Assembly (NCBI GenBank): GCA_903902795.1
Contig: CAIUWH010000015.1
Location: 13,279 to 77,278, forward strand
DNA from: an uncultured Bacteroidota bacterium
GTDB taxonomy: Bacteria > Bacteroidota > Bacteroidia > Flavobacteriales > Flavobacteriaceae
Reading direction: 5' to 3'
DNA: 64,000 nt
The position numbers and the translations under genes are program-made. Under the pieces are notes generated by a model, which did not search any database, was not told the DNA's origin, and was given only the letters and a program-made list of their open reading frames with translations. Numbering within the stretch: the stretch's first letter is position 1; the number at the start of each line of letters is the position of its first letter. Positions 60,917-64,000 of the stretch are shown piece by piece.

Positions 60917-61291
60917 ATGATACAAATAAAATTCAACTATTTATATATAAGTATTCTGCTGCTGATAACAGAAATACTGATTGCAATTTTTGCAAAAGAC
61001 GAATTCATACGTCCGATTCTAGGAGATTCCCTCGCCGCACTATTTGTATTCTACGTCTTGGCAACCTTTGTGAAAATTTCAGAAACTAAGACGGCCATCC
61101 TAGCTCTTTCCATCTGTTACTTTATTGAAGGATTGCAGTTTATACACATTCTTGAGGTTTTCGATTTAGAAAAATACACTATTCTAAAAATCATTGTAGG
61201 AACTGCCTTTTCATGGATAGATATGCTCGCCTATACAGTGGGAATCATAACCGTACTTCTCATTCATAATCGCAAAACTATTACATCATGA
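60917..61291 (+). CDS. DUF2809 membrane protein
   Basis: IRPILGD, IEGLQ, VGTAFSWIDMLAY. Confidence 0.8.
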   Translation: MIQIKFNYLYISILLLITEILIAIFAKDEFIRPILGDSLAALFVFYVLATFVKISETKTAILALSICYFIEGLQFIHILEVFDLEKYTILKIIVGTAFSWIDMLAYTVGIITVLLIHNRKTITS

Positions 61292-62064
61292 AGTACTTTG
61301 TGGACGAAAAATCAATTGTAAGACACATCTGGAAAAACACAGATACTGTTCTGCTAATTTTTGCTGGATCGGCGGCCGAATTTGCCTTGAATAAAGCAGT
61401 CGATTGGTTGTATTTTACCGGAACGATTCCGAATAACCCGTTGGAGCGCTTATTTTCAACCGTCGAATATGCTCAAAGTATTGTTTTTGCCGAAGAAGAA
61501 CGCGCACTTGCCACCATTGACAGAATAACTAAAATTCACCAAGGCGTTGAGCAAAGTCGGGGACAAACCATTCCCGATTGGGCGTACCGAGATGTTCTTT
61601 ACATGCTAATCGACTACTCTATCCGTTCATTTGAATTGCTAGAACGAAAATTAGAGCCGAGAGAAAAAGCAGAAATATTCAATGTTTTCAATAGATTGGG
61701 ACTCCGAATGGGATTGAAAAACTTACCTCGAAATTTTGACGATTGGCTTATCGACAGAAAAATCCATCTCGAAAACGATTTGCAAAAAGGAACCTTCACC
61801 ATCCATCTTTATGAGCAGTACAAACTACATCTCGGACGTTCACGTTATTTTGTTTTACTACACATACAGCGGATTTTAGTTCCAAAAACGGTTCATAAAC
61901 AACTCTTTACCTCATCCGTCTTCCCGACTCTTTTCATTCTAAAATTATATAAAATGAGTAGGATAGTCAAGTTAGACCAACTGATTAAATCATTACTTCT
62001 TCCCAAAAAATATAAAGCAGAACTGTCAAAAATTGGAACGTTTGACAACCTATCAACACATTAA
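61288..62064 (+). CDS. Oxygenase MpaB-like (DUF2236) protein
   Basis: IFAGSAAEFALNKAVDWL, ITKIHQGVE, DMLIDYSI-type motifs. Confidence 0.65.
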   Translation: MKYFVDEKSIVRHIWKNTDTVLLIFAGSAAEFALNKAVDWLYFTGTIPNNPLERLFSTVEYAQSIVFAEEERALATIDRITKIHQGVEQSRGQTIPDWAYRDVLYMLIDYSIRSFELLERKLEPREKAEIFNVFNRLGLRMGLKNLPRNFDDWLIDRKIHLENDLQKGTFTIHLYEQYKLHLGRSRYFVLLHIQRILVPKTVHKQLFTSSVFPTLFILKLYKMSRIVKLDQLIKSLLLPKKYKAELSKIGTFDNLSTH

Positions 62065-62074
62065 TCACAAACTA

Positions 62075-62530
62075 ATGAAAGATTTACTCATCGAAAAAAT
62101 ATACGAACTGTCGAAAAAACCGTATCAGAATTTCTTAAAAAAGAACCAAGCGTGGGACGTATCGATTCCCGAATTAATTCAACATCCACCGGAAAGTCTC
62201 GGATTTCATTTAGGCTGTTTTCTGCTCAAATACAACTTCGAAATTCAACCCAAACTAGAAGACCACGACGTGATTCATGTACTCACCAACACCGGAATAT
62301 CGGTTCCAGAAGAAATCGGAATGCAATATTATTTACTCGGAAACGGCAAAAAAAGCCTGTATCTCTATATGGTGATTGCCACCGGAACGTTCTTCTATCC
62401 TAACCGTCTCAAACAATTCGTGGTCGAATACCAACGCGGAAAATCAGCACATCAATTCTATCACTTAAACTACCTAAAAATGTTGAAAATCCCAGTTACC
62501 GCTATTCGAGAATCTTTTAATATCAATTAA
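62075..62530 (+). CDS. Coq4-like protein
   Basis: PPESLG and EDHDVIHVLT (HDxxH) ... EEIG motifs. Confidence 0.6.
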   Translation: MKDLLIEKIYELSKKPYQNFLKKNQAWDVSIPELIQHPPESLGFHLGCFLLKYNFEIQPKLEDHDVIHVLTNTGISVPEEIGMQYYLLGNGKKSLYLYMVIATGTFFYPNRLKQFVVEYQRGKSAHQFYHLNYLKMLKIPVTAIRESFNIN

Positions 62531-62532
62531 TT

Positions 62533-63198
62533 ATGAACGCAATTGCTCAACTCTTTTTACAAAACAAAAAAGTCAATATCACCGTACTTGCACTTTCCAT
62601 CTATTGCTTCGGATTACTACTTTTTCGAGCCAAAATCACAAATTCAATCTATTTGTTTTTCCTGATTTGGAATCTAGTTTTGGCAGCAATTCCCTATTTA
62701 ATCACAACCTATCTATCCGTCCATCGGCTACAGCGCAAAACGACCTCTATCCTTTTTTTGGTTTGGCTGGTCTTTATACCCAATTCGTTTTACATCATCA
62801 CCGATTTGGTACACGTCGTCCGCAGTGAGGAACATCTTTTTTACTTCGACTTGCTATTGATTTGCTCCTTTGCACTAGCTGGATTTTTACTCGGTATTCT
62901 TTCGTTGCAATCGGCAGAAATAATTCTTCAAAAAACCATTCAAAGCCAACGCTTCACGAACTTCATTATTCCGATAATTTGTTTATTAAATGGTTTCGGT
63001 ATTTATATCGGACGTGAATTACGGTTCAACAGTTGGGACATCATCAGCAATCCAATTCACTTGATGGAAACCCTCTACGGCGCATTGTTTTCGGCAGAAA
63101 CTCTATTGTTTTCTCTTCACTTCGGAACCTTTATTTACCTCGCTTTTTTAGTGTTTAAAAACATAACCTCATTTTCTCATGACCAAAAAACAGTATAA
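62533..63198 (+). CDS. DUF1361 membrane protein
   Basis: WNLVLAAIPY, WLVFIPNSFYIITDL, GIYIGRELRFNSWD. Confidence 0.88.
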   Translation: MNAIAQLFLQNKKVNITVLALSIYCFGLLLFRAKITNSIYLFFLIWNLVLAAIPYLITTYLSVHRLQRKTTSILFLVWLVFIPNSFYIITDLVHVVRSEEHLFYFDLLLICSFALAGFLLGILSLQSAEIILQKTIQSQRFTNFIIPIICLLNGFGIYIGRELRFNSWDIISNPIHLMETLYGALFSAETLLFSLHFGTFIYLAFLVFKNITSFSHDQKTV

Positions 63199-63487
63199 TC
63201 ATGCTACGGGTTTATTTTCAACCCAAATTGCTATAGGATCATTTGTGTTGGGAACCTTGCTTCTCATCGCACATCTGATTCGGCCAACCTGCGAATTATT
63301 TAACATTGGCTTATTTTACATCCTTGTTGCTTTTTTAGTCAACCTCATCGTGTTACTGAAATTGTGCTACCTCTACGTCACTCAGAAAAACCATCAAGAA
63401 TACTTTGCCGTCAAAATTCTAATCCTCTTATCCAACTTACCCATCGCAGTAGTGTACTTAAAAATTGTAGGCGAAACATGGATCTAA
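63179..63487 (+). CDS. Small membrane protein
   Basis: Three hydrophobic segments; coupled within the operon. Confidence 0.65.
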   Translation: MTKKQYNHATGLFSTQIAIGSFVLGTLLLIAHLIRPTCELFNIGLFYILVAFLVNLIVLLKLCYLYVTQKNHQEYFAVKILILLSNLPIAVVYLKIVGETWI

Positions 63488-63516
63488 CGTAATCAATAAC
63501 TTTAAATAAAACAATT

Positions 63517-64000
63517 ATGGAACATCAAGAACTAGAACCTAAAGGGTTCTTTCAATCAACTACCGCAAAAATGATTTTAATCGGATTGCTATCGCTTTTC
63601 CTGCTTATTCCGCTCTTTTTTGTGCAAGATTTAATCATCGAACGAAGCATTCGACAACAAGAAGTAGTAGAAGAAACCACATCCAAATGGGGCGAGAATG
63701 TCTTTATCAACGGACCCGTTTTACGCATTCCCTACAAAGACAACCTGACCAAAAAAATTCAGTTTGCCTATTTCTTTCCGGAAACACTCAACAGTACCGT
63801 CGATGCAACGATGCAAAAAGCACTCAAGCGCAGCATCTATGAATCGAATGTATTCGCGACCAAAATGAATTTCTCTGGAACCTATTCACAGCCCGATTTT
63901 GCGAAGAAAAACATACCGAACGAAAACATTTTTTGGAATCAAGCCAAAATCATCATTCAAACCCAAAACTTAAAAAGTCTAACTGACGAAGTCCAAATGA
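63517..64000 (+). CDS. creD: Inner-membrane cell-envelope protein CreD, 3' end runs off the window
   Basis: Hand translation: MEHQELEPKGFFQSTTAKMILIGLLSLFLLIPLFFVQDLIIERSIRQQEVVEETTSKWG...GPVLRIPY. Confidence 0.8.
   Translation, partial: MEHQELEPKGFFQSTTAKMILIGLLSLFLLIPLFFVQDLIIERSIRQQEVVEETTSKWGENVFINGPVLRIPYKDNLTKKIQFAYFFPETLNSTVDATMQKALKRSIYESNVFATKMNFSGTYSQPDFAKKNIPNENIFWNQAKIIIQTQNLKSLTDEVQM

Overview
A 64 kb chromosomal window from a Flavobacterium-like Bacteroidota genome. The assignment rests on gene content, T9SS type-B C-terminal domains and TAnnTTTG promoter motifs. In order, it holds: asnB (partial), a Gre-like factor, a TPR protein / four-helix-bundle / TonB-receptor operon, ftsE, and an 11-gene surface-glycan cluster (glycosyltransferases, FdtA, FdtB-like aminotransferase, WzxE-like flippase, FemAB/GNAT, TylF-like methyltransferase). 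Next come a T9SS substrate, an RDD-SpoIIM-DUF4129-DUF4350-MoxR-DUF58 cluster whose SpoIIM gene is frameshifted in a poly-A run, and housekeeping genes (TrmH family, rel, fur, purA, aroE, prmA, clpS, kdsA). The window ends with a 2704-aa mosaic T9SS adhesin, an M28 peptidase and a winged-helix/CreD membrane operon with two copies of a 19-bp palindromic operator. I found no rRNA, tRNA, CRISPR array, transposase or prophage. The most unusual signal is a set of inverted pairs of 7-8-nt tandem-repeat arrays at gene junctions. One pair brackets an AT-rich four-helix-bundle (23S-IVS/Avd-like) gene, and one of its arms is translated as part of a signal peptide. Three other pairs carry no gene (2073-2240, 21729-21820, 40475-40551). 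All product names come from motif recognition by eye, not from database searches.
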